Source of the DNA: an uncultured delta proteobacterium
Lineage (GTDB): Bacteria > Myxococcota_A > Polyangia > Polyangiales > Polyangiaceae
Length of the DNA stretch: 64,000 nucleotides
Assembly: GCA_963716725.1 (NCBI GenBank)
Contig: CAVQUB010000022.1
Span: forward strand, 71,884-135,883
Direction: 5' to 3'
Both the position numbers and the translations under genes were made by a program. Positions within the stretch are counted from its first letter, which is position 1. Each line of letters begins with the position of its first letter. Shown piece by piece: positions 45,224-54,964 of the stretch. Below the pieces are notes generated by a model. It did not search any database and had not been told where the DNA came from. It worked only from the letters and a program-made list of their open reading frames with translations.

Positions 45224-46261
45224 ATGAGTGCACCGATCAAGCGCCCCGTGAACATCGAGCGGATCGAAGCGAAGCTCGATATCAGCTTCAACTGGGGTTA
45301 CGAGAAGACCCGCGAGGATCTGCGAGAGCTGTACCGGAAGTCCAAGCAGGCGCAGTGGGACGGCGAGACTCGGCTCGATTGGTCCATCGACGTGGACATC
45401 GAGAAGGCGGCGGTCCCGGAGTTCATGCACCCGCTCTTCGGCTCGGAGATCTACGCCAAGCTCGACGAGAAGAAGCACCTCGAGCTCCGGCGCGAGATGC
45501 CGGCCTGGACGCAGTCGCAGTTCTTGCACGGTGAGCAGGGCGCGATGCTGGTGGCGGCGCAGCTCGTCAACGCGGTGCCGGACATGGAGTCCAAGCTCTA
45601 CGCTTCGTCGCAGGTGATGGACGAGGCCCGGCACGTCGAGGTCTTCGATCGCTACCTGCACGAGAAGATCGGGACCGTCTATCCGGTCAGCCCGCATTTG
45701 CGCTCGCTGCTCGGTCGCATTCTGGAGGACTCGCGCTGGGACATGAAGCTCCTGGGCATGCAGATCATGGTGGAAGGCCTGGCGTTGGCGGCCTTCGGCG
45801 TCACGCGCGCCTACATCGATGAGCCCCTGCTCAAGGATCTGACCACCTACGTCTTGCAGGACGAGGCCCGCCACGTTGCTTTCGGGGTGATCTCGCTTCG
45901 CGACTTCTACCGCGACCAAGACGAGGCCTTCGTGCGGGAGCGTGAGGACTTCGTGTATGAGGCAGCCGTGCTGATGCGCGACCGTTTCTTGTTCGAAGAG
46001 GTCTGGGAGAAGACCGGCTTGCCCGTGAAAGAGTGCATGGAAATTACGCTGAACAACGCGGGCCAGCAGGAGTTCCGGAAGATCCTGTTCTCGAAGATCG
46101 TGCCGGCCGTGAAGCGCGCGGGCCTGCTCTCGGAGCGGCAGCGCGAGCGCTTTGCGAAGCTCGGCATCCTCGAATACGAGACCTGGCAGGATCCCTTCGA
46201 GGCGCTCGAGCAGGCCGAAGCCGAGCAAGCTGCTGAGCGCGCTGCCGAGCACGCTGCCTGA
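45224..46261 (+). CDS. ferritin-like diiron protein (AurF/desaturase-like superfamily)
   Basis: HGEQGA, two DEARH motifs, MVEGLA; SD GGGAGG upstream. Confidence 0.85.
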   Translation: MSAPIKRPVNIERIEAKLDISFNWGYEKTREDLRELYRKSKQAQWDGETRLDWSIDVDIEKAAVPEFMHPLFGSEIYAKLDEKKHLELRREMPAWTQSQFLHGEQGAMLVAAQLVNAVPDMESKLYASSQVMDEARHVEVFDRYLHEKIGTVYPVSPHLRSLLGRILEDSRWDMKLLGMQIMVEGLALAAFGVTRAYIDEPLLKDLTTYVLQDEARHVAFGVISLRDFYRDQDEAFVREREDFVYEAAVLMRDRFLFEEVWEKTGLPVKECMEITLNNAGQQEFRKILFSKIVPAVKRAGLLSERQRERFAKLGILEYETWQDPFEALEQAEAEQAAERAAEHAA

Positions 46262-46427
46262 GGCTGAAAGAAGAGCTCATACGCGCGCTACGCAGCGCGT
46301 GGCCCGAGTGTGAGTCGGTTGCCGCGCTGGTGTGAGCGGCTCGGGCCAACGTAGTGGTCAAACCACCACAGTTGACCGCAAACTCCCGGGATTTCTCCGG
46401 GCACGGCGCTTGCTGAGCCCTGCCTTC

Positions 46428-48125
46428 GTGAAGCGGACTGACTCCTACCACCGCCGCAGGTTGGGCTCCGCAGCGCTCGTCGCGCTGTGCTTGCTCGCCG
46501 CACCGGCGACCGTTCTGGGACAGGCGTCGGACAGCTCTGGCGTCGTCACGACCGAGGGAGTCGTGGTGGCGCTCGAGAGCGAGGACATCGTCGTGGACCT
46601 AGCCGGCAAGCGCGGCGCGGCCGGCGGCGACGTCGTCGAGATCTGGCGCCCGCTGAAGCTGAAGCACCCCGTGACCGGCAAGGTCGTCACGGATCGCTTT
46701 CGCATCGGCTCACTCAAGCTCACTCAAGTGCGCGACGTGCTCTCGATGGCGCGCGCAGACGGCAAACTGACGCGGGCTGCCGAGCCCGGCGACATCGTGA
46801 TCTTGCGCAAGGCGAAGCTCGAGTCGACGCCCACCAAGCCGACGCTCAAGACCGAAAAACCAGCCACGCCCGATGTTTCAGCCGTGAGCTTTGGCGCCGG
46901 CGCCGAGCCAGTCGATCCGGACGCGCGCTTCGTGAGCGAGCTCTTCGATCGGCTCAAAGGCACCACCGTCAGCCAACGGATCATCGCCTACGAAGACTAC
47001 GTCCGGAACAACCCCGAAGGACGCTACGCCGTGGTGCTCTGGGAGGAGGCCGCGCAGCTGCGGCGCCTCCTGGCGCACGACAGCGCCGGCAAGGGCGCTC
47101 GCCTCCCCACTGTGCTCAACTTCAAGGCCCCCAAGGAGGCGCTCCAAGGGGTTCCCCTGTCGCTGGGCGTCGAGGTCGAGGGCGCGGCGGTCGGAGCCGT
47201 GCTGCACGCGCGCCGAGACGGCGAGGTCGCCTACCAACCGACGCCGATGCGCGCAACGGGACCGGGCTACTTCGGTGTCACGATCCCGGCCGAGCGCATG
47301 CGCGCGCCCGGCGTCAGCTTCTTCATCGAGGCCACCACCGCCGACGGCAAGGCGCACCCGCTGGTCGGCGGCCCGGATAACCCCACCAAAATCGAGGTCG
47401 TGCCCATTCCGCAGCCCACGCCCCCCTTGCGCAACGAGGCCACGGCCAGCATCTGGACCGACTACGCCGACTACAACCAGATGAAGGGCAACGACCGCGT
47501 CTGGCAGACCGAAGGCTTCGTCGGCATGCGCTTCGGTGACGAAGGGCTGCGGGCGCTGCGCACGGGCTTCGGCGTGTTCCGAGGCGTGGGCGGCTCCCTC
47601 GAGGAGCTCGACGAGCTGAAGCTGAGCGGACGCCGAGTGGGTCTGACCTACGGCTACCTCGAAGCCGAGGGGGCGTTCTCGTCGTTCACTTCGCTGATCG
47701 GCCGAGTGGTCATCGGTCTGCACGACCAAGGCGTGGCCGGCGGCGCTCTCGCCATGGTGCGCATCGGCAACGACAAGAAGACCAACCTGCAGCTTGGAGG
47801 AGAGGTGCTGGGCGGAGTCGGCCTCCGGGGCATCACTCAGCTCGAGCTGAACGTTTTCGAGCGAGTTCCGATCATGTTCCGCTCGGAAGTCACCAATCAA
47901 CCTGCGGGCTCCGCCGCGTCGCGCGATACGGTCCGGCCCGACGACCCCGACGCAACGCCCGACACCACGTCGCTCGGACGCGGCGAGATCGGCGGGAGAG
48001 CCATCGTGCAAGTCGGGTACCGCATCACGCCCGAGCTCGTGGTCGCTGCGCGCGGCTCGTATCAAGGCCGAACCATCAAACACGCCGGACCGGGGTTCGG
48101 CGGGGCGGTGACGTACTCATGGTGA
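46428..48125 (+). CDS. exported protein, probable outer-membrane beta-barrel with N-terminal domains
   Basis: Signal peptide, HPVTG beta-domain, C-terminal alternating strands ending TYSW. Confidence 0.6.
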   Translation: MKRTDSYHRRRLGSAALVALCLLAAPATVLGQASDSSGVVTTEGVVVALESEDIVVDLAGKRGAAGGDVVEIWRPLKLKHPVTGKVVTDRFRIGSLKLTQVRDVLSMARADGKLTRAAEPGDIVILRKAKLESTPTKPTLKTEKPATPDVSAVSFGAGAEPVDPDARFVSELFDRLKGTTVSQRIIAYEDYVRNNPEGRYAVVLWEEAAQLRRLLAHDSAGKGARLPTVLNFKAPKEALQGVPLSLGVEVEGAAVGAVLHARRDGEVAYQPTPMRATGPGYFGVTIPAERMRAPGVSFFIEATTADGKAHPLVGGPDNPTKIEVVPIPQPTPPLRNEATASIWTDYADYNQMKGNDRVWQTEGFVGMRFGDEGLRALRTGFGVFRGVGGSLEELDELKLSGRRVGLTYGYLEAEGAFSSFTSLIGRVVIGLHDQGVAGGALAMVRIGNDKKTNLQLGGEVLGGVGLRGITQLELNVFERVPIMFRSEVTNQPAGSAASRDTVRPDDPDATPDTTSLGRGEIGGRAIVQVGYRITPELVVAARGSYQGRTIKHAGPGFGGAVTYSW

Positions 48126-49261
48126 CGCGAAGCAATAGGGTCTACGCGCTGTCGCTCGCGTTGGCGACGCTCTCGGTCCAAGCCGGCGCCCAGCCTGCGC
48201 CCGCGCCGACAACCGGGAGTCCGAGCGCGGCGCCGACCTCGATGGCGACGCCGAAAGTGCATCACGCGCCGGTCGCGTCCACGCCCGCGCACCAGCCCAT
48301 GCTGGTCCGCGCGGACATCGAGCACCCGCATCTGGTGAAGCGCGCGCTGGTGGTGTACCGCGTGGCGGCGACCGGCGAGTTCCGAGAGCTGGAGCTGCTG
48401 CGCGCCTCCGACGGACCCTACGCCGTGGCGCTGCCGGCGGACGAGGTGGCCTGGCCCAGCCTCGCGTACACCATCGAGCTGGAGCTCCTGAGCGGACAAC
48501 GTATTCCTGGTTTTGCGTCGCGCACGGCGCCGCACTCGGTGCAGGTTCCGGAAGACCTGATGGACATCCGCGAGCGCGCGCTGAGCCAGCGGCTCGGCGG
48601 CCGCCGTTCGGTGTTCAGCGCGGCAGGTGAGTACGTTTCGTTCGGAACGAGCAGCGCCCAGAGCCTGAACGCCCAGGGCACCGAGAGCGTTCGGGATCAG
48701 TACTATCGACTCGAGGGCAGCTACACCTATCGCCCGCTGCACGTCGTGACCGAGTTCAGCGTTCGGGCGGGGGTCGTGCGCGGACAAGCTCCGGTCCCAG
48801 TGCGGGATCCAGTGCCGGGCCAGGCCGAGTCCGATCGCTTCGACGTTGGCCTGAACTACTTCGCGCCGACGGTGCGCTTCCGCCTCCACGATCAGATCCA
48901 CATCGAAGGCGAGCTCTTGGGCAGCGTCACCGAGGTCGGCTTCTCGTCCGGCGCCGGCAGCGCGCTGCTCTTGGGCGACCCCTACGGGAGCAAGCTGACG
49001 CTGGGATTCGAGGCCATCCAGACCTTCGGGAGCCGCTTCTTCAGCCGCATGGACGTGGTCGTCACCGACAACGTGACGGTGGCGCCCATCGTCGAAGTCA
49101 CCAACATGCCCAGCGCCGAGAAGTACGGCGTGCGGCTCTTGGGTGAGGTCGCCCTCGACCTCGGCGGGGGCTTCTCGACGGCCGTGCGCGGCGGCTATCA
49201 GGCGCGCCTGGCCACCAGCGGCGGTCCCAGCGCCGGCGCCACCATCTCTTACGCCTTCTGA
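48119..49261 (+). CDS. exported protein, probable outer-membrane beta-barrel, paralogue of the upstream gene
   Basis: Signal peptide; ends ISYAF; shares EVTNxP and RGxYQxR motifs with the upstream protein. Confidence 0.6.
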   Translation: MVTRSNRVYALSLALATLSVQAGAQPAPAPTTGSPSAAPTSMATPKVHHAPVASTPAHQPMLVRADIEHPHLVKRALVVYRVAATGEFRELELLRASDGPYAVALPADEVAWPSLAYTIELELLSGQRIPGFASRTAPHSVQVPEDLMDIRERALSQRLGGRRSVFSAAGEYVSFGTSSAQSLNAQGTESVRDQYYRLEGSYTYRPLHVVTEFSVRAGVVRGQAPVPVRDPVPGQAESDRFDVGLNYFAPTVRFRLHDQIHIEGELLGSVTEVGFSSGAGSALLLGDPYGSKLTLGFEAIQTFGSRFFSRMDVVVTDNVTVAPIVEVTNMPSAEKYGVRLLGEVALDLGGGFSTAVRGGYQARLATSGGPSAGATISYAF

Positions 49262-49671
49262 AGCGCGTCGATCCGCCGCATCGCGCCCCGCACGCCGTAG
49301 AGCGTGGAATCGTCGGGAGGCAACACCGGTCCGAGCGCGACGCTGGCCGCGACGCCGCAGAGCTGGTGCAATGCGAGCTCGGGCGTGCCGGCATCGGCTG
49401 CGATCTCCCAGATCGTCTCACAGCGATCGGCGAGCGCGGACATTCCCGCTGCGCGACCACGAAGCTCGGCGCCTTGGGCGCGCGTCCGATCCGCATCGGT
49501 GGCGGCGCGTGGGCGGATCGTGAAGCAAGCGCCTCCGAGGCGCAGGCTCACGGTGCTCGCGTCTTCGCTCAGGATCTCGAGATCCACGCCGAAGTGTCGG
49601 CCCGCGTTTCGTACCAGGCCGACCAGATCGACCCGCGGATCACTGCGCTGCACGAAGACCAGGAACACCAC
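49249..49671 (-). CDS. hypothetical protein
   Basis: 140-aa ORF filling the gap; LGPVLPPDDSTLYGVRGA; TACACT upstream. Confidence 0.55.
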   Translation of the reverse strand: MVFLVFVQRSDPRVDLVGLVRNAGRHFGVDLEILSEDASTVSLRLGGACFTIRPRAATDADRTRAQGAELRGRAAGMSALADRCETIWEIAADAGTPELALHQLCGVAASVALGPVLPPDDSTLYGVRGAMRRIDALQKA

Positions 49672-49696
49672 GTCGGGGCTAGTGTAAGGTCTCCGC

Positions 49697-49981
49697 GTGA
49701 GCGGTGGCAGGCTGAACCTGGAGCTGACGGGCGACGCGGGCGTGTCTTACGCTGCTGAGCTCGAAGTGGGCGCCGAGCGCTGGCGTGGCGCGCTGGACGT
49801 CGCTGCCGACGGAAAGGTGAACTTTCGGCCCTGGCCCGCCGCCGAGCCACCCGCTTGGTTGTGCCAGGCCACCATCGCGATCGTCCGGGCCGAATGGCGC
49901 AATCGCCAAGGGCCCGATCCCGCGCCTTGGCCGAGGCGCCTCACGCGCTGGCGCAAGGCGCCGGACCCGCCCCCGGGCTGA
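49697..49981 (+). CDS. hypothetical protein
   Basis: 94-aa Trp-rich ORF; TAAGGT 6 nt upstream of the GTG. Confidence 0.55.
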   Translation: MSGGRLNLELTGDAGVSYAAELEVGAERWRGALDVAADGKVNFRPWPAAEPPAWLCQATIAIVRAEWRNRQGPDPAPWPRRLTRWRKAPDPPPG

Positions 49982-50024
49982 CCCAAACTTGGGTACGCTG
50001 TGGCCGTCTCACCGGAACCTTCCC

Positions 50025-52868
50025 ATGCGAGCCCGACTCTCCATCTTCGTTGCCCTCGGTATCCCTCTCATGGCCTGCGCTCCGGCCGCCGCAAAGCCGG
50101 CGCTGGCCACCCCCAACAAGGCCGCCGCCAAGACCAAGCCAGCGCCGGTGGCCGATCGTCTGACGGCCGCTCGTGAGGCCTTTGCCGCCAGCAAATACTC
50201 GGACGCCGAGGCCCACTTTCGCGCTGCGCTCGCCGGGGCAAAGCGCGCGGAGGCTGCCCTCGGCCTGTCCGAGACGATGCTCATCACCGGTCGTTATGCC
50301 GAGGCGGTGAAGACGGCGCGCACCGCGTTTGCCAACAAGACCACCAAGCTCGACGCGGCGTGGGTCGAGGGCGCGGCCTTTCATCGGCAAGGCAAGCTGG
50401 CCGAGGCCGAGGCAGCGCTGCGCAAAGTCGAGAAGGAACCCGAGGCACGGCGCGCGCGCTTGCTCTTGGGTGAGATCTTGCTCGAGCGCGGCGCCGAGCA
50501 GGACGCTGAGGCCGTGCTCATGACCTTGGTCAGTGACTACAACGACGACAAGATCACCAAGACCGATGGGCGCGGCCTGTCGCTGGTGGGCCGCGCGGCG
50601 CATCTGCTTCACGCGCCGCGCGATGCCAACGACGCCTTCAACGAGTCCGAGCGAGTGCTCAAGGACGACGTTCAGACTCTGATGTGGCGCGCCGAGTTGT
50701 TCTTGGAGAAGTACGACCCGGGTCATGCGGAGGAAGTGACCAAAGAGGTCCTGGCGAAGGCACCGAATCAGCCCGAGGCCCTGGTCACCATGGCCTTCGT
50801 CAAGCTGGAGCAGGCCTTCGACTTCGACGAGGCCGAGCGCCTGGCAAAGAAGGCGCTGGCCGTGAATCCCAAGCTCACCCGCCCCTACGTCGTGCTCGCG
50901 GGCATCGCCCTCCGCGACATGGAACTCGCGGACGCCGACCAACACGTCGCCGCCGGCCTGAAGCACAACCCGCGGGACCTCGAGCTGCTCAGCATGCGCG
51001 CGGCGTCGCGCTTCTTGGCCGACGACGCCCCGGGCTTCGAGGCCGCCAAGCAGGCCGTGCTGGCCCTGAACGCGCGCTACTCGCGCATGTATCAGATCAT
51101 CGGTGACTTCGCCGACTGGGAGCACCGCTACGACGAGATCGTGCTGATGATGCGCGAAGCGGTGCGGATCGATCGCCGTGACGCCAAGGCCCACGCGCAG
51201 CTGGGTTTCAACCTGATCCGCGCGGGCAACGACGACGAGGGCGTGAAGTCCTTGAAGACGGCCTTCGACAAGGATCCCTTCAATGTTCGCGTCTTCAACA
51301 CCTTGAACCTGTACGAGCGGGACATCCCGCAGAACTACCTGACGGTGAAGCACAAGCACTTCACCTTCCGCTATCACAAGGACGAAAAGGCGATCCTCGA
51401 GCGCTACGTGCCGGGCCTGATGGAGACCGCCTGGCGAAAGATGGTCAAGGAGTACGGCTTCACGCCCGTGACTCCAGTCGGCATCGAGCTCTACGCCGAA
51501 CGTCAGAACTTCGCGATCCGCACCAGCGGCCTGCCGAGTACGGCGATTCAGGGCGTCTGCTTCGGCAAGACGCTGGCGTCGATGAGCCCGATGCAGGAGA
51601 AATTCAACCTGGGCATGACGCTCTGGCACGAGCTGGCCCACGTGTTCCACATCCAGCTCTCGAAGAGCCACGTTCCCCGCTGGTTCACCGAAGGGCTCGC
51701 CGAGCACGAGACCTTGGTCGAGCGCCCGGAGTGGGCCCGGGAGCATGACCCAGATTTGTACCAGGCCCTGCGCGACAGCCGGCTGCCCCAAGTCGGATCC
51801 ATGACCAAGGCATTCACCCGAGCCGAAGAGCTCAGCGATGTCGCGACGGCCTACTACGCGTCGAGCCAAATCATGGTCATGCTGGTCAAGCAGCACGGCA
51901 TGGCGAAGATGGCCGAGATGCTGAAGCTGTGGGGCGAGGGCAAGACCACGCCGCAGATAACCCAGAAGGTCCTCGGGATCGGCACCGACGCCCTCGACAA
52001 AGAGTTCCGCAGCTGGGCCGAGCAGCGGCTGGTGCGGTTCAAGAAGCAGTTCGTGCCGATCTCGCGCACGGGCCCCTACGACAAAGCCAAGGCCGAAGCC
52101 CAGCAGGCGCCGAACGACGCGCGGAAGCAGACCGTGTACGCGCTGGCGTCGCTCAAGGGCGGCAAGAAGGACGAGGGCACGAAGGCCCTGGAGGCGGCCC
52201 TCAAGGCCGATCCAAAGTTCCCCGACGCGATCTGGATCAAGGCGCGCATATCGCTCGGCAAGAAGGAAGTGCCCCAGGCCGAGGCGTTGCTCGCGAGCTT
52301 GGTCGCCGGCGGCAGCGACGGCTACGCGGTGCAGATGGCGTTGGCCGACGTCGCGGAGGCCAAGGGCGACAGCGCCAAGATGAAGGCCGCGCTCGAGAGC
52401 GCACACACGCACGACCCCTCGGCGGCGGAGCCCATTTCAGCGCTGGTGGATCTGGCCAAGAAGCAAGGGCGCCCCGACGACGAGATCGCGGGACTGCGCA
52501 AGCTCGCCCTGATCGAGGAGCACGACGGCCGCGTGCACCGCCGGCTGATGCGGGCACTGCTCGACAAGAAGCTCTACAAGGAAGCCAAGAACATCGGCGA
52601 GATCGCGGCTTGGGTCGAGGTCAACGGCATGGAGATGCACGCGCTCTTTGCCGAGGTCTTGGTCGCCAACAAGATGATCCCGCGCGCGATCTACGAGCTC
52701 GAGAGCGCCGTTTTGTGTCCCGGTCGTCCAGAGAAGAAGGCCGACGCTCACGCGCAGCTGGCCGCGACCTACCTGCTCGTGCCCAACCGCCCCGCAGCCC
52801 AGAAACACGCCGCGGAAGCCAAGAAACTCGACCCGAACAACGCCCGCCTCAAGAAGCTGAAAATCTGA
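50025..52868 (+). CDS. TPR-repeat lipoprotein with a central peptidase-MA (HExxH) domain
   Basis: Lipobox LMAC; many TPR helices; LWHELAHVF...PRWFTEGLAE. Confidence 0.8.
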   Translation: MRARLSIFVALGIPLMACAPAAAKPALATPNKAAAKTKPAPVADRLTAAREAFAASKYSDAEAHFRAALAGAKRAEAALGLSETMLITGRYAEAVKTARTAFANKTTKLDAAWVEGAAFHRQGKLAEAEAALRKVEKEPEARRARLLLGEILLERGAEQDAEAVLMTLVSDYNDDKITKTDGRGLSLVGRAAHLLHAPRDANDAFNESERVLKDDVQTLMWRAELFLEKYDPGHAEEVTKEVLAKAPNQPEALVTMAFVKLEQAFDFDEAERLAKKALAVNPKLTRPYVVLAGIALRDMELADADQHVAAGLKHNPRDLELLSMRAASRFLADDAPGFEAAKQAVLALNARYSRMYQIIGDFADWEHRYDEIVLMMREAVRIDRRDAKAHAQLGFNLIRAGNDDEGVKSLKTAFDKDPFNVRVFNTLNLYERDIPQNYLTVKHKHFTFRYHKDEKAILERYVPGLMETAWRKMVKEYGFTPVTPVGIELYAERQNFAIRTSGLPSTAIQGVCFGKTLASMSPMQEKFNLGMTLWHELAHVFHIQLSKSHVPRWFTEGLAEHETLVERPEWAREHDPDLYQALRDSRLPQVGSMTKAFTRAEELSDVATAYYASSQIMVMLVKQHGMAKMAEMLKLWGEGKTTPQITQKVLGIGTDALDKEFRSWAEQRLVRFKKQFVPISRTGPYDKAKAEAQQAPNDARKQTVYALASLKGGKKDEGTKALEAALKADPKFPDAIWIKARISLGKKEVPQAEALLASLVAGGSDGYAVQMALADVAEAKGDSAKMKAALESAHTHDPSAAEPISALVDLAKKQGRPDDEIAGLRKLALIEEHDGRVHRRLMRALLDKKLYKEAKNIGEIAAWVEVNGMEMHALFAEVLVANKMIPRAIYELESAVLCPGRPEKKADAHAQLAATYLLVPNRPAAQKHAAEAKKLDPNNARLKKLKI

Positions 52869-52896
52869 GCGCGCCGCGCTGGGCTACACTGCACGG

Positions 52897-53808
52897 GTGC
52901 GGACGGTCGGCCTCATCGTGCTCGTCATCGCGACGGCCTGCGCCGACGATTCGGCGTCGGGCGTCGCGGGAGGCGGAGCCGGGGGCGTCGAAGCGGGCGT
53001 CGGGGGCGCCGGAGGCTCGTCGATTGGCGGCGCGAGCGGCTCGTCGAGCGGGGGCGCGGGTGGGTCCACCAGCGGAGGAGTCGGCGGTGCCGTCGGCGGC
53101 GGGGCCGGGACCACGAATGACGCGGGGCCGAGCTGCAAGAGCGGGACGGAGTCCTTCCATTTCGTGGTGACTGCCAGCGAGCCGTTCAAGCGCATCGCGC
53201 TGCCGCTCGACGTGGGCGTGAAGTACCGCCGCCTGGAGCTGAGCTTCGCCTACACCGCGACGGCGTGGAGCCCGACTTGCTACAACCCCGCGGCGGGTGG
53301 CTCGACCAAGAGCGGGTTCCCCGCCTTCGAGTCTCTGGTGTCGCTGAAGCGCGGCTCGCACTGGTGCAAAGGCGGCAACCTCTTCGAGCTCACGCTGCAT
53401 GGACCTGGTTCGGGCCAGGGCGCGAGCACCAAGGCGCAGGCCGAGAGCTTCTACAAGCAGAAGATCCACACCGGTAGCGGCTGTGGCACCAGCGACGTGG
53501 AGGCCAAGATCTTCTCCGCAAATCACGGCATCAGCGCAGGATCGAAGCATACGGCCAAGATCGTCTTCGATGCCGATCAGGGCACCTTGAGCGCGGATCT
53601 CGGACCGACCCAGCACCAGGGCGCGGTCGCGAGCGGAGTGGATCTGATCGCCAACGCCGGGGACGTCTGGAACGTAGTTCTGAGTTTCGACGGCGGCTCC
53701 CTCGAATGTTACGACTCGCAGGGCAAAGCAGATCCCACCGCGCCCTGCTGCTGGCTGCCCAGCATCGGCTGGGTATTCGACGATCTGGTCTGGAAAGTCT
53801 GCTCGTGA
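52897..53808 (+). CDS. hypothetical lipoprotein with Gly-rich linker
   Basis: MRTVGLIVLVIATA-C; Gly-rich linker; Cys-containing beta domain. Confidence 0.7.
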   Translation: MRTVGLIVLVIATACADDSASGVAGGGAGGVEAGVGGAGGSSIGGASGSSSGGAGGSTSGGVGGAVGGGAGTTNDAGPSCKSGTESFHFVVTASEPFKRIALPLDVGVKYRRLELSFAYTATAWSPTCYNPAAGGSTKSGFPAFESLVSLKRGSHWCKGGNLFELTLHGPGSGQGASTKAQAESFYKQKIHTGSGCGTSDVEAKIFSANHGISAGSKHTAKIVFDADQGTLSADLGPTQHQGAVASGVDLIANAGDVWNVVLSFDGGSLECYDSQGKADPTAPCCWLPSIGWVFDDLVWKVCS

Positions 53809-53812
53809 GCGC

Positions 53813-54727
53813 CTACTCGCAGTAGGCGCCCAGGCAGGCCTGGAGCTCGGCCCCGCAGAACTTCTGCACGCACGAGAGCATGCTGCCGGCGCCGTCGGCG
53901 CAGTCGGAGATCTGATTGAGGTTCTGGAAGGCGCAGTTCAAGGTTTGATCGACGAAGAATTGCACGTCCGAGCAGCCCTTGGACACGCAGTTGGCGACGC
54001 AAGAAACGCTGAACTTTGGCGGATCCTCCTGGAGCTCGACGCAGCCCAGGGCGCAAGTCACGATCATCAGGCAACTCAAGAGCTCGCACTCGCCACAGTC
54101 TTTGTTGCAGTTCGAACAGGTCTCGAACTGCTCGGCCTCGCACTTGCCGTTGCCGCACACGCTGCACACGCCGCAGTCCTGAGTGCAGGACGCGCAGGTC
54201 TCGCTGCCGGTGCAGGCGCCGTCGCCGCAGCCGGAGCACTTGCCGCAGTCTTCGGGGCAGGTGAAGCACGACTCGCCGTCAGCGCTCGAACACGTCTGGT
54301 CGCCGCAGGTGTCGCAGGTGCCGCAGTCTGGCGCGCACGACTGGCAGGTCTCGGCCCCCTTGCAGAAGCCGTCTCCACAGGTCGCGCACGCGCCGCAGTC
54401 CTCAGTGCACGAAAGGCAACTTTCGGCGGCGTCGCAGGTGCCGTTGCCGCAGGTTTCGCACAGCCCGCAGTCCTCCGGGCACGAGCCACAGCTCTCGGCG
54501 GCGTCGCAGGTGCCGTCGTCGCAGCCCGGGCACAGCCCGCAGTCCAGCGGGCACGACGAGCACGACTCGCCCGCCTTGCACTTGCCGTCGCCGCAGGACA
54601 CGCCGCCGTCGGTGGTGGTGTCCTCGTCTCCGAGGCGGGGCCCGGTGCGGCTGCCGCAGCCGGGGATGAGCAGCGCCGCAAAGAGCGCCAGCACCAGCAG
54701 CGTCAGCGCGAGTCGGGCGGCCTTCAC
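53813..54727 (-). CDS. Cys-rich repeat lipoprotein
   Basis: Lipobox LIPG-C; seven ~24-aa CGDGxCxxxExCxxCxxDCGxC repeats. Confidence 0.8.
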   Translation of the reverse strand: MKAARLALTLLVLALFAALLIPGCGSRTGPRLGDEDTTTDGGVSCGDGKCKAGESCSSCPLDCGLCPGCDDGTCDAAESCGSCPEDCGLCETCGNGTCDAAESCLSCTEDCGACATCGDGFCKGAETCQSCAPDCGTCDTCGDQTCSSADGESCFTCPEDCGKCSGCGDGACTGSETCASCTQDCGVCSVCGNGKCEAEQFETCSNCNKDCGECELLSCLMIVTCALGCVELQEDPPKFSVSCVANCVSKGCSDVQFFVDQTLNCAFQNLNQISDCADGAGSMLSCVQKFCGAELQACLGAYCE

Positions 54728-54964
54728 CTGACTACTCTAGCTTCGACTTGCGCACTTTTGCACCGCGAATAGCCCGCTACACAGGAGTTTCTTCGAGGTC
54801 ACTCGCGAAGCGCGACCTGCCAAGAAGTTGCGACTCAGTCCTCGCATGAGCAGGCACCCGCCGGCCTCGCCGGTAGTTTCTGTGGGTTTTCGCTACTCAT
54901 GACGATCGTGATCTGATCATGGCAAGACTGCCCAAGTCGAGCCCAGCTTCGCGGGACGAGCCGG

